A stretch of 64,000 nucleotides of DNA from Ramazzottius varieornatus (Eukaryota > Animalia > Tardigrada): the NCBI GenBank assembly GCA_001949185.1, contig BDGG01000010.1:1373773-1437772 (forward strand). The letters run 5' to 3'. The translations under genes and the position numbers were made by a program. Positions 25,407 through 38,764 of the stretch are shown piece after piece. Positions within the stretch are counted from its first letter, which is position 1. Every line of letters starts with the position of its first letter. The notes beneath the pieces were generated by a model. The model was given only the letters and a program-made list of their open reading frames with translations. It ran no database searches and had not been told where the DNA came from.

Positions 25407-28349
25407 ATGGATGACGATGATGATGTCTTCGCCGCGCTGGTTGATGCAATGGGAGAAGAGCTGGAAGAAATGGAAAGCAGTCAACTGGAGACTGAAGAAG
25501 GAGAAGCTAACAAGCCAATACATCAAACCCCTTATGCGCCGACGCAACGATCGGCCAACGGTGATATATCTAAAGACTATGGAAGGACCAGTATGGACCC
25601 AGACTCTATGTTGAAAAGAATTCAGCAACTTGAAGCAGAACTAGCGCAGCAGAAGCAAGCTCTGCAAGGTAGCGCGTCTCCCAAAGCATTACCTCGAACA
25701 TCATCTGTTCCTGGTCCGTCTCAGGGTCAACCAGCTGCACCAGCAACGAAGAAAGCGCGCTTCTTGAAAGTTGATACGGACATAAGTGAAATCATCGATA
25801 AGAAGCCATCGCAAGCTCATCCAAAGAAGTCTTCGACTTTAAGGAAACCTTTAACACTGGCTGATATCGGACTGTCTGAGTCGTCTGACGAAGATGAAGA
25901 CACGCCGAGCCTCAGTAAAGCTGGTAAAGCCTTGAAAAGGAAGCTGGCTTTGCAAGAAGTCGACGAACGAGATGCCAAGAGGAAAACAGCGATAGAAGCA
26001 TCCATTAGCCAACTAGACACCAAAAGCCCTTTCACTTCGTTCGCATCTCCAGTGGCATCTTCTCAAGTTCAACTAAAAGGTCCAAAGCCAGCGGAAAAAG
26101 TCGTCGAGAAGTGCCCGTATTCTGGAATCGCTTTGCTGAACCCTATTTTGTCTACATCGGACATTCAGGTACGAATTCATAGTTGTTGAGTTGGGAGGCA
26201 CACAAGGCTGATCGGCCACCCTTAGATTTTAGAGTGAACCTCTTTTCCGAATGGGTGACCGACTTATTCAATGTGGCCCCAACTGGTTATGTGTCTTGCA
26301 GGATAGGCTCGGGTCGAAAAGGTTCTGCAAACTATCACAGCTTCCATCCCTGAAGTCCAGCATACATCACGAGATGGACTGGATGACGGTGGGGGTAGTC
26401 GTTCAAAAGTTACCCACTAAGATGTCAGCGAATGGGACGCCTTTTTCGATATGGAAGTTGAACGACCTGGAAGAAACGTCGAAGATGACGACCTTGTTCC
26501 TGTTCTCCGATGCTCACAAAGACTGTTGGAGGATCCCTGTTCGAACAGTTGTCGCAGTCCTGGCACCTACCATCATGCCTAACAAGCAAGGGAAAGATGA
26601 CTTATCCATTTCCGTCACTGCTGGTAACCGTGTTATCGAACTCGGTTTCGCCGAAGACATGGGGATCTGTAAGGGGCATACGAAGGGTGGCGAAGCATGT
26701 ACAAACCTCATCAACTCGCGGAAAGCGGAGTTCTGTGTCTACCATCTGAAAGCTGCATTGCAGAAGGTGAAATGATTCGGAGAAAAATTCGACGAGATTT
26801 TTTTTTTAAGTGGCTCACGTTCTCACTGTATTGGCCGAAAGCGTGCGCCACTTAAAAGAATGGTCTTGCAGTTTGTTTTCCGACGTAGGTTTCATTTTGC
26901 GGAAATAGAGTAGTATTACTCATTTGTAGGTTTCGTCTTCTCGTATGGAACTACAAGCCAACTACTCCGGAGTGCAGCCGAAAGGTTCGAAAGTTCAACA
27001 AGTGGCAGATGGGTACATCTACGGCGGTAAGATGTTCGCAAACCCTGGCAAGATGGCTCCTCCGACTGCCGTCACGAAGTCCGCAACTAAAGCTCCCGTG
27101 GCTGCCAAATATGTCTCGAAGGAAGCCCAAGCTTTGATTGACGAAGCTCGAGCAGTCGCCAAAAGGAACCTGACCGAAGAAGAGTCGAATATGCTGGATA
27201 AGATGACAAAGAACAACGCGCAGCTGAACAAGGTGATCATCAACGATGGTCCGGGTACGAGGAACCTGCTACGCTCAGCTACCAAGAAAGAAATGACGGG
27301 ACCTTCGGCGAAAGCTAGGTTCGTGACGCCAGGTCAGATGCTGGAAGAGCACAAAGCCAAAATGGCCAAACTGATGGCCGCAAATCAAAGCAGTAAAATC
27401 CCAGAAATAAGTACATCCTTACAAAACAGCGCACAAAAGTATTCATCCCAGTCGCCAAGCTCCTTGTTGTCACCACAAAGGAGTCAGAGTACGCATTCTG
27501 AAGCAGGCCATTCAAGTTTTCGTTTCAACGGAAGCTTAAATGTGGCTCCGAAACTTGCTCGGAATAGTCTGGTCGGTGACGTGATATCGCTTGACGAGGA
27601 GGAAGCCACTCAACTTGCGCCTGTGAGACCAAAGCTGATGCCTTTAGTTTCGACTCCGTCACAGAGCCGTGCGCTTGCGAAGTTGAAGGAAAGTGGACTC
27701 GGTATAGCGAAAGGAGACCCCAACAAGCTGTCCAATGGACTATCCGCTAGAGCTCGCGACCATATTCAGGAACATCTGCACAAAGCTGACAAGCCACTGT
27801 CCAGTCCTGCTCAACGCAGAGTATGTAACCTGGCGGAAGACCCAGAGATCCAAGCACTGCTCAAAGAGACTTCGCTTCACGAGGACTTGTGTAAGGTTGG
27901 TGAGATGAACTACATTGACAACTACTTCGCGAAGGCAACCGTCAAAGAGTCGATCGAGGAAGCCATGGAGAATACGATGGAGATGGAATGCAGTGTTGTT
28001 ACTTGCAAGAAGGTACGTTGCGTTTTCTGATATTGGAATTTTTTCTCTGTTTGAATTGCCTTCTTTTTAGTGTGGATACACGGCGAATTCGCTGGCGGAT
28101 CGGTGCTTCAACGAGAAGCATGATCATGTCCGTCACAAAGCCACCAAGAAGTTCTTCCAGTGCAAGAAATGTTCCAAGCGTAAGCCCAGCTTCAACGTGA
28201 TACCCAGTCCGTGTAAGAGCTGTGGTGGTTCGTACTTTCAACGCTGTGGTATGCTGGCATATGAGAGAAAAGGACCGAAGCTTGATTCAGAAATGCTTCT
28301 CATTCGAGGAGACGAAGAGCCTAAATTCCTCAACTCTTTACGTAACTAA
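25407..28349 (+). CDS. MCM10: DNA replication factor MCM10 (4 exons)
   Basis: EKCPYSGIALLNP; OB fold DWMTVGVVVQK...FSIWKLNDL; CCCH finger CKGHTKGGEACTNLINSRKAEFCVYH; C-terminal Zn domain CKKCGYT...CFNEKH...KKFFQCKKC; ends RGDEEPKFLNSLRN*. Confidence 0.95.
26777..26883 (-). repeat. Palindromic MITE-like repeat, copy in MCM10 intron 2
   Basis: TTTTAAGTGGCTCACG(26804)...CGTGCGCCACTTAAAA(26857) inverted repeat with extended imperfect arms. Same core as the copies at 42249, 43615, 46021 and 51757. Confidence 0.65.
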
Positions 28350-28631
28350 ATTCTCCTTTGCTATTTTGTATCATTAGGTGTTGTTGGTATGCGGCGAAAG
28401 ACCGACTGTTTCTTTTTGTTTTATTCGGATAGATTTAAATTTAAATACTTGAATATGGGAAATCCTTAATATTGAGTAAGTAGCTGATTGAGTAAAGTAA
28501 GAACAAATTTACAACAAGATGATTTGGGCGACCATTCCTCAAGTGAGTTTTCTCAGACAGTCTCGACGCAGGATATGTTCTTTGCTGAAATGGAAAGACT
28601 GTCGAAGAGCTTAGCTGACTTCCGGCATCGT

Positions 28632-31600
28632 CTACAGGAGGTTTCTTAGTATAAGGAGGAAACCCAGGAGTACGGCAGTCATAATACTTGGTCTGGCTCT
28701 TGACGAGTCGTTCGCTTTCTTCCCTTGTATGCGCCTTTCTCTCTTGATTTCATTGCTGGCTTCGGCTTCCGGTACAAAGTCCGTTCCCTTCACTCCACCG
28801 TTGGTCGGTTTGATCACTTTGACGGTGTACCTCGTAGCCACTGGGTACCTCGTGGGTCGGAATGTGGTACCGAGCGTCGACTCTTCTCGGAACATGTCGT
28901 CGCCTAACGTCTCCAGAGAAGCCGTTGTGCTGAGGTTGATGATTTCGACGACTTCTGTCGTGCTTGAAGTCGTCTCCGCTGTGGTCCTTTGGGTGGTTGT
29001 GGAGGCGGTAGTAGTCGTTGTGGTGGTCGTCGTTGTCGGACTGGTTCTTGTTGTGGTCAAGGTAGTCGGGGAAGTTAGAAGTGCGGTGGTGGTCAGGGTG
29101 GGGAAGACTGGTGGGTAGGTCTCCGGTCGATACTCCGGTATGAAGCTTGTGCCGCTTGTTGGGAAAGTTTGGATGGAAGGCTGGCTGTTGTTGATGTCTG
29201 GAACTTCGTCAGTCACCATCGGTGAGCCATCACCTTGTGGCTGGTTGATGCGTGGTGGATTGAATGTCGGGTTGGATGTCGGGTTGAATGTCGGGTTGAA
29301 TGTCGGGTTGAACTGCGGCTGATTTGGCGGGTTAAAGTTTGGTTGTGCTTGTGTGGGGTTGATTGATGGATTGAAGTTTAATTGCGTTTGTGTTGGGTTC
29401 ACTGGTTGGAAAGATGGTTGATTGGGTTCAGTGTTGATTGACTGCGTCGAACCAGGAAGATTTTGGCCTGGTCGACCATCAGGTAAAGGCTGACCAGCAG
29501 GGCCAACGAACTGACCATTGGGGTTGAATGCCTGAGCTGGTCTGTTATTAGGCTGGTTAGTTCCTTGAGTCATCTGCTGGTTGGGGTTGAATGAGCCGCT
29601 GAAGTCTGTCATGGGATTTTGGTTGAATGGGTTCTGCTGGTTCATGTTCTGGTTATTGAAGTTGGGCTGTGGGACGAAACTATTGGGGAAGTTCGGCTGT
29701 GGTTGTTGTTGAACATTGGCAGTCTGAAAGATTGTCTGAGCTGGAGTTACTGGTGCGTTCGTTACAGCGATCAGAGATGTCAATGCAGGACTAGGTGGTT
29801 CGGTGAAGAGCGTTGGTGGTACCACCGTCATCGGCATATTGGGCACCCATGGGTTACTGTCTGCCGCCAAGTTGTCATCAGGGAAACGGTTCTGCTGGGA
29901 TGGCTGGAGGACCTTAACGGAGTTGAAGTTGGATGGAGCTACAGCAGCGTTTGGTACGGCTGGTGGTCGTTGTGGCTGTTGGGACTGCTGCGGCTGTTGA
30001 GGCTGTGGCTGTGGGAAGGTCGGCACTGGTGGTGACGTCACTGGGATACCGTTGTCGGGCGAAGGGCTGATCTTCTGACCGGGACGTCGACATCGAAGGT
30101 TGCCGAAGTTGTTGGGGAAGTTCAAAAGCTTGTTCTGGTATTCGATTTCTACGGCCAAGCCATCGAAAAACTGGACGCTTCCGACGTAGGGAAACTCGAA
30201 ACCCTCTTTGCAGACGCACTTGTAGCCACCGGCTCGGAAACCTCTTCCGCCCACTGGCATACACTGTTTAACCGAAATAGAATAATGAAGTTTGAAATAG
30301 ATCATACGTCCGTAGTTCCGGGGCGGGAAAATTCTCGATAGTATGTTATTATGTTGCTCGATTTTACCGTGGTGGTCTGACGATCGCAACGATCGGTTCC
30401 ACGGAATAGTGGTTCTTCGGCCGATGCACATTGGTTAACGTCAATTTGGTCCGGGTTGATACCAACAGAGATCAACCCTCTGCAAAAAGTAATCAAACAT
30501 GTACCAATTAAACGAGCAAAAAGGCGCAGAAAAAACGACAGATCAAACAACGTACCCAAACTGCACGCTTCCATCGACCTTCTTGGCGTAAAATGGCACT
30601 TCGAACCAGAAGAACTTGTCCAGGTAGAAGCCTACGAAGAAAACGACCACACTCGTCAGTACATTACGGTACATGCTCATGGCTTGCTCATCGGCATAGT
30701 TCATCGTCAGACCATCGAGGTTCTTGCTCGTGTCTTTCGATTTCATTGTCCGCATCTGTGGATGCAAATGCAGTTCATGAACTGAGGAACTTACAATCAT
30801 AGTAAGGTCCGAAAGGTGACTTGATGTCGTCGAACGTCACCTGTGAAAGTCAAGTTTAGAGTATGAAATTTGAGGAGGAATATCGAAAGAACGGTCTGGT
30901 GACAGAGATCATTTTACCGCTTTGAAGCTTTGTGTTGGTACGTCGGTGAAGCGCGAACCGGCAGCGTCCACGCGAATCTGCGTGGAAACGAAAGAGCACA
31001 CACTAAGTACCACATAGTGGTGGAGTAAAAGAAGAGCTTAATCGTCACGCACCTTCATGTCAGCCGCGAAATCCGTCAAGCGCAGAGAAGACGACTTGCT
31101 CTTGATGTCACGATACCAATCGAAAGTGGTGTAATTGTCTGGAAAACCAACAAGTAATTAGCGCTAAATGGGCCACTCACCTGAAACCTTTTGTCACGTT
31201 CGTCTTTACCCTCAGTTCCTTTACTACGCCATCTTACATAAGCGGCAGACTGTCTGCCATTTTGAATCTATCATCTAAGCTCAGTATATTTTTCTTAAAT
31301 TGTCCGACCTTTTAATTTACTGAAATTCTCAAAATTAGTTCCGAAAGTAATATAAAGCACAATCAGAGGAATTATTGGTAAATTTCTGACGACATTTTAA
31401 AACTGAAAAATTAAGAAATGGTTTTCGGTATCCAGGTTCCTTGTTTACCTGGGTAATGGTAGAACTGAAGTTCGTCCAGCATCTTGTTGTACAACGCCGT
31501 TGGGGCGAAGAAGCGTCGACCCGGAAAGACGGACTCCTCAAACTGCATACTGACAGCACCAATGGCCGGCTCGGCGATGATCATGGCGGCCATCTCGCCC

Positions 31601-34600
31601 AGGATCATATTCTCTGTCAGTTTGTTCTTGCGTCTCCCGTCAACAATAATACCGTTCTGCAGGTAATTGCTGAGAAAGTGTGACAGCCGTAGGGCCGAAC
31701 GTGCTTGAGTGGCAAACTGCCTGGCAATTTTCCGGTTGAACTCTTGCGAGAAACCCAAATCCACTTTTTCGGCAAAGCGATTGACCGAACAATTGCGCGG
31801 CGACAGATTGTCCAGCATTTGTCGGGCGCGGAACATCAGGTTGTTCTCTTGGGACAACTTGGTGATCAACTGTTGAACAACAGCGGCGTTCTGGGCTTGT
31901 GTACCCCCCGTTGGACCCACGCCGGGTTCCTGACCGTCAACCTGTCTTGTAGGTCGACGAATGGGCAACTCTTGCCGGAAACGCGGGTTGGACGGATCGA
32001 ATTCAGGCACGGAGAAACGAGGATCCATTCGGGAAGGTGACGCTTGGAAGTTGGGTTGAGCTCGTTGAAGTTGGGCATCTTGAACCTGTTGAGGAGGTCC
32101 CATGTTGGAAGAGAGTTGGAACTGCTGGGGAGCGAAGAACTGGTTCTGTGCGGGAGTGAAGTTGGGAACCGGTGGGGGCGCCACTCGGTTGGACATGTTG
32201 ATGGGTTGCTGGTTCTGCTGGACTTGGAACTGTTGGGCGACTTCGTTACTTCCTTGTTGGAAAGGGTTAGGTTGTTGGTTTTGAGCTGGCAGGAAGTTGG
32301 CGTTGTTCGGGAGTCGAGGCGGTCCATTTGGCGACCTGAAAAAATTTCAATCAACCAATCAGCCAAAAATTTGCCGAAGGCTCCATTTATGCCTACCCAG
32401 CTAGAGCGAAGCCATTTTGCATGAACGAAGGGCTCGTCAACTGTTGTTGTTGCAGTTGCTGTTGTGGCGGCGCGTTTTGCAGCGGTACACTTGGCCGAGG
32501 TGTCAGAAGTGGCTGTTGAGGAGCCATCTGCGCCGGCTTTGGGGTGTTGATGTTCTGGCTGGGAATGAACTGTTGAGGAGCCGGTGGTGGGACATTGTCC
32601 GCGGCTTGTTGAAGCTGCGCGCTCTGTGGACGTCTTGACGTCACTCTTTGCTGTTCGGGGCTCACAGGTCGTGGCTGCTGCACTTGTGGTACCTGTGGTG
32701 GTGGCGGAAGGTTTCTGGGTGGCGTGACTTGCTGACTGGGCAACGCGTTGACGGTTGATGAAGAGGCAATTGCCGCCGGTGAGACCAGAACTTCTTGATC
32801 TGCAATGGAGAGAGAGGGATCGAATTAACTTAGTACACGATGGCACGGTCAAGGTCTGTCAATAGACGATTGCCTAATGAATCAATGTCTTGGCCACAGG
32901 GTTTTCGGACGTTACAACCAAGAGCTACACTGTGTCTAGATATAGACTAACCTTGAATTGCCACGCATTGGAAAGCGTCGGCTTTGGCATAATCGCCGGC
33001 TGAGGCACTCTCCACCTCGCCTCCACTGAAGCCGACATTACGACTACCGGGATATTTGAAACCAGCCTTGCACACGCACTGATATCCGCCTCTCTATAAC
33101 AAAAAGGCCTTTATTTTATAATTTCCGGTATTGGCACCAGAAGAAGAAAAAGTCGCTCGATATGCAAAACGATATAACCTACCCGTAATCCATGTCCGCT
33201 CAAAGGCTCGCACTAAAACAGAAAAATAAACAATGAACATATACCGGTAAATTTTAACATAAACATATAACATATCGCTTTATGCTTTTTTTCGCTGAAA
33301 GATCAACTCCGAATTAGTGATGCCACAAAAGGTCAGATGCACGGATTATGAGCGCGAAACTATGGTCATATATGTGTGTGACTACATCATGCCTATCAGA
33401 CACGTTCAGAGCAGTCTTGTTTGCACAGTGGTAAATAATTCCGTTCGTACCAAGTTTGCTCTAGTATTACTCGATCGTTCCCATCCGAAATGTCGTTTTT
33501 TGCAAGGCACAGTGATGAGAAATTACAAGGACCTTACCACAGTGGTTTCTTTCTTGCACTTGTGGGTTCCGGCAAAAGTGTTGAACTGCACGTCTCCATC
33601 GCACTGATTAATGTCAATCTTGCGGTAATCCAACTCCACCGAAACCGCAGCGATATAACTGTAAAGGAAAGAAAAAGATCTGATTAATCATAAACCGACC
33701 GGAAAAGCTTAGAAACAGGTCGTCAAACACAGCTGTGCGAATTATACTCACACCTGCATACATCCAACCGTGTAACTGTCGGACTTGGGTGTATGCAGGT
33801 GCGTGAGGATTCTGAGGAGCGGATCCAACTTCGTGCTTTAGCTTTACGCTTATTCTGCTCTGAGCTTATGAGCAGTTATGTAAACAGAAATGAATGGTGA
33901 AAAATTGATACGACCGGAAATGGACGGAAGGGATCAACAGCTGTCAAGAGCAAGTACGTTCGTTTCTTCCTGTTATTGCGGAACCGTCATGGACATGAAT
34001 TTCTTCACCGTCACATTGTGGACTTGACGAACAAGAGCGAGTCATTGTCCGCTAACAGGCACTTGTCAGAGCTCATGATGATTACCTAATCGGCAGGTAT
34101 TGTTGGCAAGGCATACGCGTCAAGTGAGACGCCAAGATGGATGGTCCGAACCGACTGGACCGTCTTACCGCATTTAGCGTTCTCCAACTTTTTGCTAAAG
34201 ATTGACGTACGGCGGACTTTGCTTCACATTAGCGCCGAGTACCAACAAACTTTGTCTTGTCCAACCGAACGTGGCTGCATTTACATTTTCTGTCATACTT
34301 TTCAAGCCTTTCTTTTACAAGATGAAATGCCGACTTGATCATGTCGGCTAGAACGAACAAACAAGCCAGTTTATACCATCAAACCTGTTGCGGCCACCAT
34401 ATACTTCGAACCCTGTGCGCCCTGAAAGGTTCCTCGATACCCATACCCATACAGCAGTCTCGGCCGCGAGCAAAACCAAAATGTTTGATCGACACGCTTT
34501 ACGAGGAACTCTTCGTAACCAAGCACATCCGCACTGGCATGTCACGGACGCGTGAAGCGCAGAGAATTGACCGGTTATGCTGTGTTAAAATTAATTTCGC

Positions 34601-36781
34601 AAAATAAATAAGATTATCGCTCAGAGCGTCTTTCAATATACACCACAATGGCTGCTTATCGTATTTCCGGTGGTTATTGGCGTGTTTCCATCATAACCGA
34701 TTGTCGACTCGTTATTGCGCCAATGGAATAGAAACTAGCCCAAAGCACACAACGCTATCGCCTCTTGGTAATCGACAAAAACACTTTCGCGAAGGTTTTG
34801 ATTACAGAGAGTAGGCTAATTGTGGGAAAGTTTGTCTAGCGAGGGAAAGTTGTGAGGAAGTTGAGCTGTAAGTGGCATTAAGGGTGCTCCAAACGCGCCA
34901 GCCAAGTTAAAACACTTGCCACGAGAGCTTGATGCAGCTTTCAGCCGCAAATCTCTTGTAGTGTTCCCGTTCAAGGTTACTGTAACTGTTGCATCTGTCT
35001 CAGCTAGCTTGCAAGCCGTAATAATAACGCAAACGTATGCACGTCATATGATAAACAAACGGTGCATATCATTTTTGCGACTGGTCTTCCTTCATCAGAC
35101 TCTGAGGACCAACTGCCGACTGGCCGCTCTTGAGTCGCCCACCCAACGGCCCGTCTCTTTCTTCGTGTTGGTGATTGATGCAGCACATTCCTCAAGGTAC
35201 AAAATCAACAAGCTTGTCTCCACATGGAATGACCTTCTCTTTGGTTTTTTCAAACAACATTGGTGCGTCTCTAGGCTTTATGCTCAAGCCGCAAAGCACA
35301 GACTCTTGAAGGCGTGCTGCAGTGATGTAACCGCCAGTGAATGAGTGACGCAACGCATGACTTTGACTTCCTGGAGAAGGAAACCCTCTTTCTCACCCAT
35401 CCCCTTGTACCCACACCCGTCATGCTTCACTTTGTACTTTGGACTTTGTGGGTTTCCAAAATCAATCTACGAGTTTCTTACCTGGCAATAGTCGGTACTT
35501 GCGCAGCTGCCGGAGTTCCAGCGGGTTGCACTCCTTGGGTGTTAACAAAATTCCCTGTCGGCTGTTGTCGAGCTTGAGGCACCGCTTGCCGTTTCCGTAA
35601 AAGACGAGTTGCTCTGTCCAGATCGGCCACCGGAGCAGTCACAGATACTAAGACAAAATTGAAAGTAAACACCGCGTTCAAAATTCTCCCTCAACGGAAA
35701 ACTCAGTTGTTGACGTCAGGACGATTACTGTAAACCAATAAGTTACCGTAGAAAAAAAAGCCCTAGATTTCGCGCATGCAATTAGTATCAACTGGACCAG
35801 ATTGACTGAGCGGATAAACATTCTGATAAATAATTTTTGATCATGATATAATATTTTTAGACTGAGGAAATTATGTGAAATTCACACGCACGCTGCCACT
35901 TGTCGGTGAACATGCAGTCAAAAAAGGGCATGGTCCATATGGCCGGTAGTTCAACAGGTGGCCCGAAGAAATTGATAGTCTCCACGCCGCTGTTGTCTTT
36001 GAGGACCTTCAGTTCCAACAGAGCAGGCTGCGGCAGTTCCACCGAGGTCCTGTCCGACAACCAAGCCGCGTACCACGGATCGGGCGTAATGTGTCTCATC
36101 TCGTCGTTATACGCGAAACTGGGGTCAGAACCCAGGTCGATGGCGAAGAGCATTTGCGACGTGTTGAAGCGCTTAAAGGCGTATGGACCAAAAAGAGGCA
36201 AGGTGGAAGAGGTGTTGCCGTTGCCGTACCAATTAGTCTGCAGCATATCCTTGGCGAAGACGATCTTACTGCCCATCACTTTGTCGTCGGATGAGGACAA
36301 GGTGGCTAGTGTCGAGTAAAAGTAGTATCCCATGTCGGGTTCGTCATCTAAATCGGCTTGCTGGGAGATGTAACTGTAAAAGATTGCACGATTCACCGCG
36401 ATCTTCTGAGCTTCGTACATGGACGCGCGAAACTCGGGAATAGGCCCTTGTGGATCGAAGGGTAACGGTAGATCCGAAATCGAATTTCTTGGAAGAACCT
36501 AGGATGAATTTGAAATTATTCGAACTACCGCATATCGAAGACGATCATCGTTTCACAACTGAATATTATCTGGCTCTAGCTGGAGAACACACGACAGCCA
36601 AACGAAAGGGGGGGACCCTTACCTTCTCGTTGTTGGGGACAGAGGAACATCGTTGTGACGCCCTTCTTGCCACAGAATCCATTTTAGTCCGTACATCGTC
36701 TATACTGTCCTGATGAGATAACTGGGAAAACAACAAAATAATATAACTGGAGATAAATAAAATCTTCCCGTCGGGCAACAT
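28632..36781 (-). CDS. Secreted, probably GPI-anchored protein with two GPR158/179-like extracellular (Cache plus Cys-rich) modules, Q/P/N-rich linkers and a Thr-rich stalk
   Basis: Signal MLPDGKILFISSYIILLFSQLSHQ. Module 1: AVNRAIFYSYI...WTMPFFDC...WQLSVTAPVAD...IDINQC...FAGTHKCKKETTVCEPLSGHGLRRGGYQCVCKAGF. Module 2: ALRLSHFLSNYLQ...GPYYDC...IDVNQC...FRGTDRCDRQTTTCMPVGGRGFRAGGYKCVCKEGF. Hydrophobic C-terminus IMTAVLLGFLLILRNLL*. Confidence 0.8.
29256..29312 (-). repeat. Coding 12-bp tandem repeat (FNPT)n
   Basis: GGGTTGAATGTC repeated ~4 times, encoding QFNPTFNPTFNPTSNPTFNPP. Confidence 0.85.
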
Positions 36782-38764
36782 GGTATTCCGGGAGCTCGGC
36801 AGACGCCGCATCCTCATGGAGGAACCGGCGCTTGCAACTCAGTCGGGGCTTGGTTCTTCCCTTCAGATGATGAATATGCAAAGTTATCAGACAAGGCGAT
36901 TAGTGGTCAACCGATTATTGTAATTGAAGAAGAGGTCAAACGTTCCCAATACGTCATGTGAGAAGAAGCGAGAGGGAAAGGCCCATACGAACGGCGCGTT
37001 GTGCACGTCGATCTGTCTTGCGATGGCAGACACCAGAAAACACCCACGATTAAGCTCTCAAGTACCTTTCTTGCATCTCCTGTAACACAGATGTGGCCAG
37101 CAGGTACTCTAGCTGTTACAGATTGTGTGGCCGCTATGCAAAAAACAACAGAGAGAAAGACCTGCTCAAACTATCCGGTGTGCACGTCTATTCTTCAAGC
37201 CGGATTTTCCAGCGTTGAAACATCACAGCTCGCGCTTCACTTCACATGGGTCCGCCCCAGCAGCAGCCGGTATGCGGACCTGTACCAGCCTCGGGTACCC
37301 ACTGGCTAGTTGCGTGTTGGCGCCTCTCGCGAGGGACGCTAATAGCAACTTGTACAAACACCTGCATGGTCATGAGTAAGACCGTCATGCAAAGACGCGA
37401 GTGAAGGTACAACATCGCTTACCGGAGGAACATAAGCTGGTTTTTTCTCCTCCATCCTGTAAACTGCTTTGCTCAACGACTGTATCGATGCTGTAATCGC
37501 ATCGCTTTGCCGATGTTTGTCAACAGAGGAACTGGTTCCCCGCTTTTCGGACAGCGGTCCTCGGCGAGCCACAGTAAACTCTGAGCGTCTTTTCCTTAAC
37601 GTCTCCTGCGAACACATCACGATCGTAAACTAGACTAGCCGGAAGTCATGTGTATACTGTATTTAATGAAGAATAGCCGTTCAAAATAATAAAGTTAGAC
37701 GAAAGTCTTGTTTTGATTTTGAGAAAAATTCGTGAGAAGGTTTGACGAATCTTGTGGTGATCTTCTGAATCTGCACAAGTGTTTTTTTCGAAAATTAAGG
37801 ATATATTTGCTGTTCCACTACACCCGGTACGTGCATTGGGGAACTACGGTTGGCGGTGTTACTCTACCAAGTTGCAACACGCTATGCAAATTCTTACGTG
37901 CATCGCTCTCAAGGTGGACAATAGGACGGAGGAGACATTTGTGGTCGTACAAAGGACCGCCGTTTTTCCAACAATGGTGGAACGTTGGAACCCACTGTAC
38001 ATAACGTCTTAGCGGAAGTTATTCTGGTCTTAAAATGGCTGACTCTCTCGATGGCTAATTGGCCGTCCATCGTCATTCCACAGTGGCTGTCGTAACTCCA
38101 CATCCGTCACCAGCAACCGAGCGACATTCAAACCGGCTGGCAAAGACATGAGGTCTTTCTGACCAAACAGTGGACAAACTTGCGTAGCATGCACAGAAAA
38201 AACATTCCGAGAGATTCCGAAGAGTTTGTACAAGAGCTCGCCAGCAAAAACACAAACACACCCCTCACCTACAATGCTTCTCCCATGAACAGAATGGTCT
38301 CGTTCTCGTGATCAAATTTGGTTGCTTTATTGTGTCCGCGTGAGCTCACTGCAACTGCAGTAATGTGTCCGAACCTGCAAACCAAATTTGCTTACGGGAA
38401 AGCAAGCACTTTCTTCATTGTAAACGCAACCGATCGCTAAGGATAACTCTTCATGCGAACTGCGATGGTATAGCGTAGACAACAGTACCATCCGTTATAC
38501 TCCCAATACTGGACACAGGAACAGAAAGCGAGACAGCTAACCTGAGCCGGGACAGAAACAACGAAACCGCCACCACAGAGAAAACACGACGGTGTTCTCC
38601 CATCACATCACAAGGAAGAGACATGCCAAAGAGCCCCAATGTACTGTAACATTCGAATTATCACCCGATAGACAGTAAAAGCAAGATATCTAGGTAAAGG
38701 CTTCTGAAGTCGATTAAAATGCCGTTCGAGGGATCCACAGGGGCCGATAAAGTACCTGCGGCCG

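Noticed and set aside
37000-38700. Possible small gene(s) between the GPR158-like gene and DNALI1 (ORFs 37339-37620 and 38030-38233)
   Set aside because: No consistent stop-free splice model or recognisable domain could be built.
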